Both the position numbers and the translations under genes were made by a program. This document shows positions 1 through 10,702 of a DNA stretch of 32,264 nucleotides, piece after piece. The stretch comes from Octopus bimaculoides (Eukaryota). Positions within the stretch are counted from its first letter, which is position 1. Every line of letters begins with the position of its first letter. The stretch spans positions 18,629,314-18,661,577 of the forward strand of contig NC_068981.1 in assembly GCF_001194135.2 (NCBI RefSeq), in the 5' to 3' direction. Below the pieces are notes generated by a model. It was not told the origin of the DNA. It saw only the letters and a program-made list of their open reading frames with translations, and made no database searches.

Positions 1-195
1 ACACACACACACACATATATATATACATATATACGACGGGCTTCTTTCAGTTTCCGTCTACCAAATCCACTCACAAGGCTTAGGTCGGCCCGAGGCTATA
101 GTTGAAGACACTTGCCCTAGGTGTCACGCAGTGGGACTGAACCCGGAACCATGTTGTTGGTAAGCAAGCTATTTACCACACAGCTACTCCTACGA
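1..195 (-). mobile_element. tRNA-derived SINE family A (CORE-like, octopus type), 5' half, cut by window edge
   Basis: The reverse strand reads AGGAGTAGCTGTGTGG (A-box-like), GGTTCAGTCCC (B-box-like), CCTAGGGCAAGTG, then GTGGATTTGGTAGACGGAAACTGAAAGAAGCCCGTCG and an internal TA/CA run. It matches the copy at 25895-26284. Confidence 0.9.
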
Positions 196-582
196 CTGAA
201 TTTCAATAAAATTTTAAATTTCCTATTGAAGCAACGAAGTAGCTCCTACATAAATAAAATACGTAAAAGTGACAGTATTTCTTATGTTAGACTAAACAAC
301 GCATCCACAAATTTACATGTACGTCTGTGATCTGAAGGACTGTTTGAATAGCATGCCAGCGAAAAGTTACCTTGAATTATTTTAGTATTTCGGCTCGCCT
401 GATGATTAGTCACGTCTTATGTGACCGCTTCTTGAAGAAGTTTGCCCATAGTTGCTCTACACAGTTACATGGCTTGCCCAAAACAGCCTCCAGAGCTCCT
501 TTAAATTATTTTCTGAAGCGCTGAAACTGTTAGGATTCATTGGATAACGTAGTTCAAGATAAGCGATGCTCGCGAAAAAACT

Positions 583-652
583 GAAATGGTCATTGTCGAA
601 TGCTCAGTCTGACCTGGCCGAAGGCTTAACAATAACAACAAACAATAACAAA
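583..652 (+). repeat. 3' end fragment of interspersed family D with (AAC)n tail
   Basis: ATGGTCATTGTCGAATGC...CTGACCTGG...CTTAACAATAACAAC resembles the reverse complement of 31645-31750. Confidence 0.4.
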
Positions 653-1845
653 AAGCTTACAATGACGAAGCGAGGTTACGTAGATCCCTTTGCTGTAGTT
701 ACAAAGATTGGCATCTTAAAACAATAAGACGTTACAGACATTTAAACTGGATAATCAATGACCCATAGAATTATTGTCGAATAAAAGACGAAAGAAATAA
801 AGAGACGGAAGACAATAGAAGTATTCATTATAAGTCAAGAATATCCAGCCAACATTATACTGCCAGTAAGAAGTAAGTGATTCGAGAGGTTTTGTAATAA
901 TAACTTCTGTGTATGCCCTGACTCTTACTACAAATCTTGTAGAAAGATAAAAGTCTTCTAATTACTTATTACTAGTTCAGGGAGTGCTAGGATATTTAAT
1001 GTGTAACTAATGTTTTAGTCCACCACATTATGTATATTTAGCACTCACTGAACAACAGTGTGCTTCGTGCAGATAACGTCGCTAAGTACATTCCCTAGCT
1101 TCATAAATTATGTTATGTTGTCACACCAAATTATTGTAGCTTTATGAATTGATTTGCAACCAGTGAGTAAATCTGGAAAGTACTGGAAAGAATGTATATC
1201 ACTGAGCAAATGTAACAGGATCGAAGTATTTAGTGAATTCCATCACAAGTTCCACTCCTTGTTACAACGTGGTAGCTTGTGTGCCTCAGTGATCCTGAGA
1301 GAGTTATGTCAGCGGAGCGCAAACTTTTTGAAGGGCCTCCCATTCTAAACAATTCAAAGGATACAGGTCAGACAAATACAAACCAGCTCTTCCTAGATAT
1401 AAAAATGGGTCTGCGTATGGCTAGCACCCCTTTCCTAGAATTAAAAAAAAAAGCAAAGTTAAAGAAACATCGATGACAGTTTAAAACCGGCAACAGCTGA
1501 GAGGGAAATACAACCCAGAGTAGAGAACAGTGGAGGTAAGTCATCGATGGATTGTACTTTATAGGGAGTGTATGACTTAAATAAAAAGTTCAAATGCACC
1601 GAATTATCATCGTAATTGCCAGAGCTCAGATTAAATTTAAATTAACCCTCGAGTTTATGCGTTTGTAATGATAATTCTAATATTAGTTTCATTAATATTT
1701 TCAGGGTTTGTTGCTCTTTTTCCTTCGCTTACGGTTCTTCCTTTCATCGATGCAAGGATAAAGCTTGATCAATAAAACTTTTCATGCTCCACAACATTAA
1801 AATTGTTAGTTCTTACTCAAACTATTACCACGTGCGGATTGCCCT

Positions 1846-1896
1846 CGCTTAGTACTTGCACTCGTTTAGTACTTGCACACGCTCGGTACTTGCTCT
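1846..1896. repeat. 17-bp tandem repeat x3
   Basis: CGCTTAGTACTTGCACT / CGTTTAGTACTTGCACA / CGCTCGGTACTTGCTCT. Confidence 0.85.
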
Positions 1897-1918
1897 CAGT
1901 CGTTATACCCACTATATA

Positions 1919-2212
1919 AAGGGCGGCGTGCTGGCAGAAACGTTAGCACGCTGGGCGAAATACCTAGCGGTATTTCATCTGCCGCTACGTTCTGAGTTCA
2001 AATTCCGCCGAAGTCGACTTTGCCTTTCATCCTTTCGGGGTCAATAAATTAAATACCAGTTACGCACTGGGTTCGATGTAAACGACTTAATAACTTTGTC
2101 TGTCCTTGTTTTTCCCCTCTATGTTTAGCCCCTTGTGGGCAATAAAGAAATAAGAAACGTCAGCACGCCGGGTGAAATGCTTAGCGGGTATTTCGTCTGC
2201 CGTTACGTTCTG
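1919..2212 (+). mobile_element. tRNA-derived SINE family B (Meta-domain-like core) followed by the start of a second tandem copy
   Basis: Head GGCGGCGTGCTGGCAGAAACGTTAGC, B-box-like GAGTTCAAATTCC, core GTCGACTTTGCCTTTCATCCTTTCGGGGTC, tail AATAAAGAAATAAG. A second head begins at AGAAACGT (2153) and runs into a gap. Confidence 0.9.
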
Positions 2213-3125
2213 NNNNNNNNNNNNNNNNNNNNNNNNNNNNNNNNNNNNNNNNNNNNNNNNNNNNNNNNNNNNNNNNNNNNNNNNNNNNNNNNNNNNNNNN
2301 NNNNNNNNNNNNNNNNNNNNNNNNNNNNNNNNNNNNNNNNNNNNNNNNNNNNNNNNNNNNNNNNNNNNNNNNNNNNNNNNNNNNNNNNNNNNNNNNNNNN
2401 NNNNNNNNNNNNNNNNNNNNNNNNNNNNNNNNNNNNNNNNNNNNNNNNNNNNNNNNNNNNNNNNNNNNNNNNNNNNNNNNNNNNNNNNNNNNNNNNNNNN
2501 NNNNNNNNNNNNNNNNNNNNNNNNNNNNNNNNNNNNNNNNNNNNNNNNNNNNNNNNNNNNNNNNNNNNNNNNNNNNNNNNNNNNNNNNNNNNNNNNNNNN
2601 NNNNNNNNNNNNNNNNNNNNNNNNNNNNNNNNNNNNNNNNNNNNNNNNNNNNNNNNNNNNNNNNNNNNNNNNNNNNNNNNNNNNNNNNNNNNNNNNNNNN
2701 NNNNNNNNNNNNNNNNNNNNNNNNNNNNNNNNNNNNNNNNNNNNNNNNNNNNNNNNNNNNNNNNNNNNNNNNNNNNNNNNNNNNNNNNNNNNNNNNNNNN
2801 NNNNNNNNNNNNNNNNNNNNNNNNNNNNNNNNNNNNNNNNNNNNNNNNNNNNNNNNNNNNNNNNNNNNNNNNNNNNNNNNNNNNNNNNNNNNNNNNNNNN
2901 NNNNNNNNNNNNNNNNNNNNNNNNNNNNNNNNNNNNNNNNNNNNNNNNNNNNNNNNNNNNNNNNNNNNNNNNNNNNNNNNNNNNNNNNNNNNNNNNNNNN
3001 NNNNNNNNNNNNNNNNNNNNNNNNNNNNNNNNNNNNNNNNNNNNNNNNNNNNNNNNNNNNNNNNNNNNNNNNNNNNNNNNNNNNNNNNNNNNNNNNNNNN
3101 NNNNNNNNNNNNNNNNNNNNNNNNN

Positions 3126-3174
<49 letters not shown>

Positions 3175-4093
3175 CATTTACAATGAAGAAAATTGGTATT
3201 AAAATAGCAGAGATTCTAAATAAATTCGCTATTCAGACAGACATATGACTTTCTTTTTAACTTGATAGATTTCAAAAACAAGCTAAAACATCATACACAC
3301 ACACACGCGAACACACACGCGCACACACACACGCACACACACACACATACATACACACACATATAAACAAGCACACACACAAATAAGCAAATACACACAC
3401 ACATACATACATACACAATCTCTCTTTATGTATGTGTGCGCTTGTGTATGTGTGTGTGTGTGAGTTATATGGTTAGATATTGGAGACAAACATTGTATCA
3501 GTAGATATTAAAATAAATTCTTAATAAACTTGCTCCAGGCATTAATTAATATTTTGTGCGTTTTATACTTAGTCATCAGCGAAGAAAAAGAAGAAAAATG
3601 TACGAACGTCGTACATTGTATTCAAAGAAGCTGCTAAAGCTACATACATACATACATACATACATACATACATACATACATACACACACACATACATACA
3701 TACATGCATACATTCATGCATTTATATAGTTTATATAGTCTTATATATTTATATATATATATATGTGTGTGCGCGCGTGTGTGTGTGTGTGTGTGTGTGT
3801 ATGAAAACAGGAAATGTGATGTCTTAATTCTGTAGTCAGACGGAATGAAATGGGCCGCAAATATAAACGATTGGATTGTACTTATGATTTCCCTTGTGGT
3901 AAATAATTGATGATGACTACCATATCAGAGTGCTCAACTTCCGTTAATGAGTTTGGTAAATAACATTCCAGTTATATCACGTAAAGCACACATTGCTCTA
4001 AGTTTTAGGTATGCAAAAATGGTTTTCCGAGAGTGTTCAATATTGCCACAAGTGACCTGTAAGAACGGCTGTTCCTATATATAAGAGCAACAA

Positions 4094-4142
4094 ATACTAG
4101 CTGATGAAGCTTAACGAGGGAGAAACATGTGCGTCCTACGAT
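4094..4142 (+). ncRNA. Minimal type I hammerhead ribozyme-like motif, canonical core, weakened stems
   Basis: CTGATGA 4101-4107, GAAAC 4122-4126, GTC 4133-4135. Stem I ATACTAG/CTACGAT has 5 of 7 pairs in register. Confidence 0.6.
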
Positions 4143-4904
4143 CCGATGCTGAAGAAGGGTTTAATCCTGTGACTGTGTCTACAACGAAAGGTATCTCACA
4201 TCCCAGTACACTTGAAGATATTAAATATGACTGTATACGCATATATTTCATTCAACGCTGCTTCGTCGGCCTCTAGTTATTTTGTTAATTTCCTGAGTTT
4301 TTATTCTTGTTTCCTCTCCCTTTCTTTATCTTTCTCGCTCTTTCGCTATTTCTGCTCCATCTATTCCTTGCCTCTCCTTTTCCCCATCTCTTTCCCCATC
4401 TCAACATTCCCAGCGTCCAGCTTCCGTTCTGATATTCCTTCCTTCTTTTCTCGCTGTGACTCACTTAGTGATAGCACGTATTCTATCTTCTTTTCGCTAT
4501 TCCGTTTCATTCGTCTAAATCTAACGTCTATATATTTTGTTAAATTATCATTTTTCCCCCCTTTTTTCCTTCCTGTGTTTATATTTTTTCCCTCTTTTTG
4601 TTTTGTTTCGAACAATTATATTTGTAAAAATCATGCAATTTTTATTTGTCTTAACCGCTAAGGCTTTTTTCTTCTGTATATTTTTGTGTTGCCTTCGCCA
4701 CTGTTGCGTTCGCTTAACTATTTATGACCTCAGGCCAAGATGTTCTCATCTGTCTAAACAGTCAAGAATAGCTCAACCTGGGGCGAAACAATGAAAAGAA
4801 TGTCAACTTTTGATATGATAAACATACCCACACATTTTATCAAGTATTAATTCCTTATCGGTTAAAATTTGCACGACACAAAATATGTTCGTAATACCGT
4901 TTAT

Positions 4905-5097
4905 CTTTTACTTGTTTCAATTACTGAACAGTGCCCATCGATTCGAAGGGTCTAATCGAAGAAATCAATCCCCGTTCTTATTTTAATGTTTCGTACTTGT
5001 TCTATCGGTATCTCTTGTCGAACCACTAAGTTAATAACACGTAAACAGCCCAACACTGTTTGTCAAGCGGTGGTGGAGGACAAACACAAACACAACG

Positions 5098-5100
<3 letters not shown>
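4905..5100 (-). mobile_element. Diverged 3' half of a family A-related SINE
   Basis: TTCTATCGGT...GTCGAACC.CTAAGTTA...CGTAAACA...GTCAAGCG aligns with 25950-26065. Confidence 0.7.
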
Positions 5101-5131
<31 letters not shown>

Positions 5132-5146
5132 ACCCACAAACACACA

Positions 5147-5186
<40 letters not shown>

Positions 5187-5292
5187 ACAACGCAAACATA
5201 TATCCTTTACATTTCTGACAATATCATAAATGTGCATCTCATTTCTTACACAGATGCATGAAGAATCGATTTATTTTCAACCTAGAAACTAA

Positions 5293-5600
5293 AAGTGGAG
5301 GCGCAATGGCCCAGTGGTTAGGGCAGCGGACTCGTGGTCATAGGATCGCGGTTTCGATTCCCAAACCGGGCGTTGTGAGTGTTTATTGAGTGAAAAACAC
5401 CTAAAGCTCCACGAGGCTCCGGCAGGGGATGGTGACAGTGTCACGCTGAATATCCCCGATAACTACATTAAGGGTACACGTGTCTGTGGAGTGCTCATCC
5501 ACTTGCACGTTCATTTCATGAGCGGGCTGTTCTGTTGATCGGATCAACTGGAACCTTCGACGTCGTAAGCAACGGAGTGCCAACAACAACAAAAAAAGAA
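5293..5600 (+). mobile_element. tRNA-derived SINE family C with ~95-bp internal deletion and 9-bp TSD
   Basis: Head GGAGGCGCAATGGCCCAGTGGTTAGGGCAGCGG...GGTTTCGATTCCC and (CAA)n tail. AGAAACTAA flanks it at 5284-5292 and 5601-5609. Compared with the full copy at 27979-28360. Confidence 0.92.
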
Positions 5601-5860
5601 AGAAACTAAGAAATGGATGTAAGCTTCAACTTCTTGTGGTTCCTCCCTCCTGTTGCGAAGCTCACCTCCAACAGACAGGTAATTTTCATTTAAGGACCTT
5701 CACATGCTCATAGGTCTTTTAAACTTGTCTTCTCCGTTGAATTATTCTACATCAGTTAGTTTAATTATGATTTCTACTGTGAAAGGGGACGTAACTCTAA
5801 TTTCTTTTTCCTTTCTTTTTCCGTTTTTATTCACCCTCTGTCTTCTCATTCCACTTGTAG

Positions 5861-5969
5861 CTTCAACCTTATTTTCGTTTGTTCTCTTGGTTTCTCATGT
5901 ACCAGTGCCTTATTTTCCAAATGGAACAAGCCTTCTCCCCGGAGCCTGTAAATTGCTTGGAGACCCAAG
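5861..5969 (+). other. Candidate 109-bp internal exon of an unknown host transcript
   Basis: ~55-nt polypyrimidine tract ending TTGTAG at 5860, branch-like CTAAT near 5800, and donor AAG|GTACGT at 5969/5970. Two frames are open. No recognisable homology. Confidence 0.25.
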
Positions 5970-6130
5970 GTACGTTATGAAAATCTGCATAACCACGTGT
6001 CTCAATGGTAAGAAACTATTAGTAGCTCTTATTTTAATACAGTCTACATTAAACGATATCCTTCTCTCACTGGATGGTGTATTTCTTCTTGTTGATCTTA
6101 CCTCAGCGAAACAGTTAATATGTACATATA

Positions 6131-6187
6131 TACAGGTCCTCGTCGACTTACGACATATCCGACTCCCGACCGATCGACTTTACGACG
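6131..6187 (+). mobile_element. Possible solitary pogo/Tigger-like terminal inverted repeat
   Basis: TA|CAGGTCCTCGTCGACTTACGAC with a repeated CGACTT(T)ACGAC resembles pogo-type ends from memory. No partner TIR was found. Confidence 0.25.
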
Positions 6188-6444
6188 ATTAGCGTGCCAG
6201 CTTCCGGCAACAATAATAAAAAGTACAGTTCAAATTTAATAGGTTTAATTTCTTAGAAATGCCTACGGATGATGTCAGCTAGCAAACGCTTCCCCTAGAT
6301 TTGGTTAGCGATCGCCACTGTGTTGGATAACTATCCTGTCTCGGAGACATCGAGGCAACTTCGTATTTGTTTATAAGACGACTGCTTGAGACACCGAAAT
6401 TTTTGACTAACGCCAATATAATTGTATATGTACATACTTACATC

Positions 6445-6490
<46 letters not shown>

Positions 6491-6794
6491 NNNNNNNNNN
6501 NNNNNNNNNNNNNNNNNNNNNNNNNNNNNNNNNNNNNNNNNNNNNNNNNNNNNNNNNNNNNNNNNNNNNNNNNNNNNNNNNNNNNNNNNNNNNNNNNNNN
6601 NNNNNNNNNNNNNNNNNNNNNNNNNNNNNNNNNNNNNNNNNNNNNNNNNNNNNNNNNNNNNNNNNNNNNNNNNNNNNNNNNNNNNNNNNNNNNNNNNNNN
6701 NNNNNNNNNNNNNNNNNNNNNNNNNNNNNNNNNNNNNNNNNNNNNNNNNNNNNNNNNNNNNNNNNNNATATATATATGCATATGTGCGCACAGG

Positions 6795-7270
6795 ACGTCA
6801 CGAAACGTGCACAACAAAAAATACGAAGCACGACTACATGGAACATGAACTATTCTTTAGAACAACGAAAGGCACAAATGGAAAACAAAACCAATAACAT
6901 AAAGAACGACCCTTCATCAGTTGCTGGCTGTTTTTCTAGTCCCATATTTGCGAGTTCGCCACCACAACCTCGTTTAGGTTTAGCAGCCCTTCCTATCTGT
7001 TTTCACTGTCCTGGTTGTGTTACCAATTTTTACCCTCCGCAAAATCCCAAATTTTATTTAATTTGCTTTGCGGGAGCAACTGTTTTATAGAAAGCATATA
7101 TTGTTGTTAAATGCTCGAAATAGAGACTATGAAACAACCAACAACTGATGAAGTGTCGTTCTTCATGTTGCTTGTTTTGTCTTCTATTTGTGTCCTTCGT
7201 TGTTCTAAAGAATAGTTCATGTTCCATGTACTCGTGCTTCGTATTTATCGGTGTACACGTTTCATGACGT
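6795..7270. repeat. Long inverted repeat (foldback)
   Basis: 6795-6923 versus the reverse complement of 7142-7270: about 15 mismatches in 129 bp by eye, including a perfect 35-mer. Weaker extension inward to about 6954/7114. Confidence 0.9.
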
Positions 7271-8360
7271 NNNNNNNNNNNNNNNNNNNNNNNNNNNNNN
7301 NNNNNNNNNNNNNNNNNNNNNNNNNNNNNNNNNNNNNNNNNNNNNNNNNNNNNNNNNNNNNNNNNNNNNNNNNNNNNNNNNNNNNNNNNNNNNNNNNNNN
7401 NNNNNNNNNNNNNNNNNNNNNNNNNNNNNNNNNNNNNNNNNNNNNNNNNNNNNNNNNNNNNNNNNNNNNNNNNNNNNNNNNNNNNNNNNNNNNNNNNNNN
7501 NNNNNNNNNNNNNNNNNNNNNNNNNNNNNNNNNNNNNNNNNNNNNNNNNNNNNNNNNNNNNNNNNNNNNNNNNNNNNNNNNNNNNNNNNNNNNNNNNNNN
7601 NNNNNNNNNNNNNNNNNNNNNNNNNNNNNNNNNNNNNNNNNNNNNNNNNNNNNNNNNNNNNNNNNNNNNNNNNNNNNNNNNNNNNNNNNNNNNNNNNNNN
7701 NNNNNNNNNNNNNNNNNNNNNNNNNNNNNNNNNNNNNNNNNNNNNNNNNNNNNNNNNNNNNNNNNNNNNNNNNNNNNNNNNNNNNNNNNNNNNNNNNNNN
7801 NNNNNNNNNNNNNNNNNNNNNNNNNNNNNNNNNNNNNNNNNNNNNNNNNNNNNNNNNNNNNNNNNNNNNNNNNNNNNNNNNNNNNNNNNNNNNNNNNNNN
7901 NNNNNNNNNNNNNNNNNNNNNNNNNNNNNNNNNNNNNNNNNNNNNNNNNNNNNNNNNNNNNNNNNNNNNNNNNNNNNNNNNNNNNNNNNNNNNNNNNNNN
8001 NNNNNNTATATATATTTGTATGAAATAGCAGTAATTATAACTGTATAGAACATGGAGACTTGTTCATTCTCAAAATTTATTTTCTTCTATTTTACAATTT
8101 TATCCAGCATATTTTTATGGTCATTATGACCTACACGTGTTTCTACTACACGAATTGCGGCCATTTGCAAATGCAACCTGGAACAATTTTCGGTACGGCT
8201 TCTTCAGGATCTGTCCACTTGGCAAGGAATTTACAGCGTGAATGACAGCTATTAGTAGTCATAGATGTTAAATACTAATCGATGCGCTTTGCCATAACCT
8301 GGACCATAACTGAGAGCCACTACGGTATCCGCTCAGGTGATATATCCCTCCACACTCACA

Positions 8361-8419
<59 letters not shown>

Positions 8420-8422
8420 ACA

Positions 8423-8508
<86 letters not shown>

Positions 8509-8516
8509 GGAGAGAA
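8361..8516. repeat. Compound microsatellite (TCTA)n(TACA)n(TA)n(TG)n(AG)n
   Basis: Read directly. Similar simple repeats occur at 3126-3166, 3290-3420, 3640-3800, 5095-5185, 9430-9480, 9888-10080, 13011-13210, 13375-13470, 16190-16660 and 22860-23143. Confidence 0.95.
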
Positions 8517-8633
8517 ATTAGTTCAAGAAGAGCAATTTGAACTTTTTGGAGGGTCCAAAAAGTTAGATTTCTTATAAAGATTCTTAATATCAAAATAGTA
8601 ACTTGCCATTGCAAATATTTAAAATATTTAAAA

Positions 8634-9132
8634 TCCTATATAAACCCAACTAACAGTTACAAAATGGAGAAGAGAAAATATTAAAAGTTTTTATAAATTC
8701 TTAATCCGTATGATCGTTTCGAACGATAATACTGACATGTAAAAAAACATGCAAAAAATTAAATTAATTATAATAATAATTAATATAATAATTAGGTTAA
8801 ATTAATTTAATTAGGTATCACCATTCTCTTCAGTGGAAAAAATTAATAAAACATCAAAAAATGTATTAGCAAAAGAATATTACAATAAGACTACAGAGAG
8901 TCTGTGTCGGATAAAGTTGATCGGATATTCATAACAAGAATGTGAAATTGGAAAAATGAAACATAGGAACATGTTAATGTAGTGTTGAGTCTATCTGTGT
9001 AATATAATTTTTTCCACGTTTTCTTACATGTCAGTATTATCATTCGAAACGATCGTATGGATTGAAATTTTATAAAAACTTTTAACATCTTCTCTTATCC
9101 ATTTTTTAACTGTTAGTTGGGTTTATATAGGA
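8634..9132. repeat. MITE-like foldback with 132-bp inverted arms
   Basis: 8634-8765 versus the reverse complement of 9001-9132: about 14 mismatches, outer 26 bp perfect, 235-bp AT-rich spacer. No clear TSD. Confidence 0.9.
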
Positions 9133-9168
9133 CTTTATCCTATAATACTCATAACTGGGTTCGGCTGC

Positions 9169-9211
9169 TCTATATTGATAAGGGGCAAACACCCTGAAAC
9201 TAGTCTGTAGA
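9169..9211 (+). ncRNA. Minimal type I hammerhead-like motif, U3-A8 core variant
   Basis: Stem I TCTATA/TGTAGA (6 bp, one G.U); core TTGATAA 9175-9181; stem II GGGG/CCCT; GAAAC-TA-GTC with palindrome ACTAGT. Confidence 0.7.
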
Positions 9212-9427
9212 TGCCAGACCAGCAAGGGGAAGCGGCTGGCCTCCACTGTTCGAAGGTTATAATGGACACGGGTCACATAGTGTTACATAGCTAGCTAGAG
9301 GCGATGGCCTCTTGGAGCTAATCAATGGCAACATTCGTCCTATTTTTTGAACTGCCATGTTGGCTTGGCGATAACTATTAATATCCAGTAGCGCTGCCGT
9401 AGTCTCCTTTATAGAGACTTAGAAATA

Positions 9428-9482
<55 letters not shown>

Positions 9483-9751
9483 TGGCCAACAACCTAGTTT
9501 AAAAACCAATCGCTGCTGAACTGTCACAAAGTATGTCGCAGGCAGTGTCAAGATATTTTGACATCTACTTGTAACGGAATGTTTGTGTTTTTAAATGATC
9601 ACAATGAGTCATGCACACTGTAATTGCTCTATATTCGAATGTTTGTGTTTGTGTGTGTGTGTGTATACACACATATATATCAGCCATGTAACAAGTGCTT
9701 TTATCAGACTATTCTTTTCCTTCTTAAAGGGTTTTTTCCCACTTTCTCTTT

Positions 9752-9778
9752 CGGAGGAAGAGCTATGCTGGAAACGTC
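9752..9778 (+). ncRNA. Degenerate hammerhead-like relic
   Basis: CGGAGGA-AG-AGC-TAT-GCT-G-GAAAC-GTC. U4 is substituted and stem I is absent. Confidence 0.3.
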
Positions 9779-9887
9779 ACACCCTCTCTTTTTTTTTCCA
9801 TCTTAAACTTTCTCTGAGAGTCAAATACATTCATTGTGTCTGTCCTCCTGACATTTGTTGCTTTTCTTGTTTTATTTTTTCATATGC

Positions 9888-9940
<53 letters not shown>

Positions 9941-10024
9941 NNNNNNNNNNNNNNNNNNNNNNNNNNNNNNNNNNNNNNNNNNNNNNNNNNNNNNNNNNNN
10001 NNNNNNNNNNNNNNNNNNNNNNNN

Positions 10025-10082
<58 letters not shown>

Positions 10083-10645
10083 CTGTCTATTTACTTAAAA
10101 ATATATGCGAGTGGAGGAATATAGAGGCATGTGTGCATGTGGATATGTGGATATATTATGTGGGTGGGCGTGTTCTTTAGGTTTCCATTGTAGCTGTATC
10201 TACTTATTTACTGCTACCGGCTAAATGTTTTGTTCATTCAAAATAAACATTATTCAATAGAATATTCTATATTCTATATTTATATTTAAAGAGTATATTT
10301 CTAGATGCGGTTACCGTTCCACCATATACCTTAAACTTAGCGTTACTCCTCTTTCTTGTCTTAAATTCTTGCCTTTTCTTTGAAACACTGTTTCTTTCTA
10401 GCATTTTTCTCCAATTATTTTCTCTTGTTCCTCCTTTCTTTTTCTTGTCCCTCGCACCCTAAAGTTTCGCCTCTTACGTAAACACTGCCCCTCTCTCTCC
10501 CCTCACTCTTTCTCTTTTCGCTCCCACCTTTACTCACTCATCAATATTTATACTTTAAAACTCTTCTTCAGTATAACTCATGTTCTAAACAACAACAGTA
10601 CTTTCTCACTCTCTGCTTATCAGTCTCCTCTATTTCTCTCTTTTC

Positions 10646-10702
10646 TGTCATTCACTGACGAAACCAACGCCCGAAACCTTATATTTTAACGTTCTCATGA
10701 CA
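10646..10702 (+). ncRNA. Degenerate type I hammerhead-like motif
   Basis: CTGACGA 10655-10661, GAAAC 10673-10677, GTT 10691-10693. TGTCAT/ATGACA pair in the correct stem I register. Stem II is lost. Confidence 0.4.

Noticed and set aside
1439-1542. Consensus donor GAG|GTAAGT with upstream CCTTTCCTAG acceptor
   Set aside because: All three frames contain stops; could only be non-coding, and there is no further support.
1846-1896. Short repeat array as CRISPR-like
   Set aside because: Units are contiguous with no spacers, and the context is eukaryotic.
4232-4277. Minus-strand CCGACGA...GAAAT-ATATGC-GTA
   Set aside because: No stem I or stem II.
4212-4661. 149-aa Phe/Ser-rich membrane-like ORF
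   Set aside because: A translation of low-complexity pyrimidine-rich DNA.
5297-5375. tRNA-like sequences (also at 27982 and the other SINE heads)
   Set aside because: They continue into SINE bodies with TSDs and lack a proper acceptor stem, so they are not tRNA genes.
9040-9064. GAAAC-GATC-GTA in the foldback arm
   Set aside because: No CUGANGA-like core upstream in either arm.
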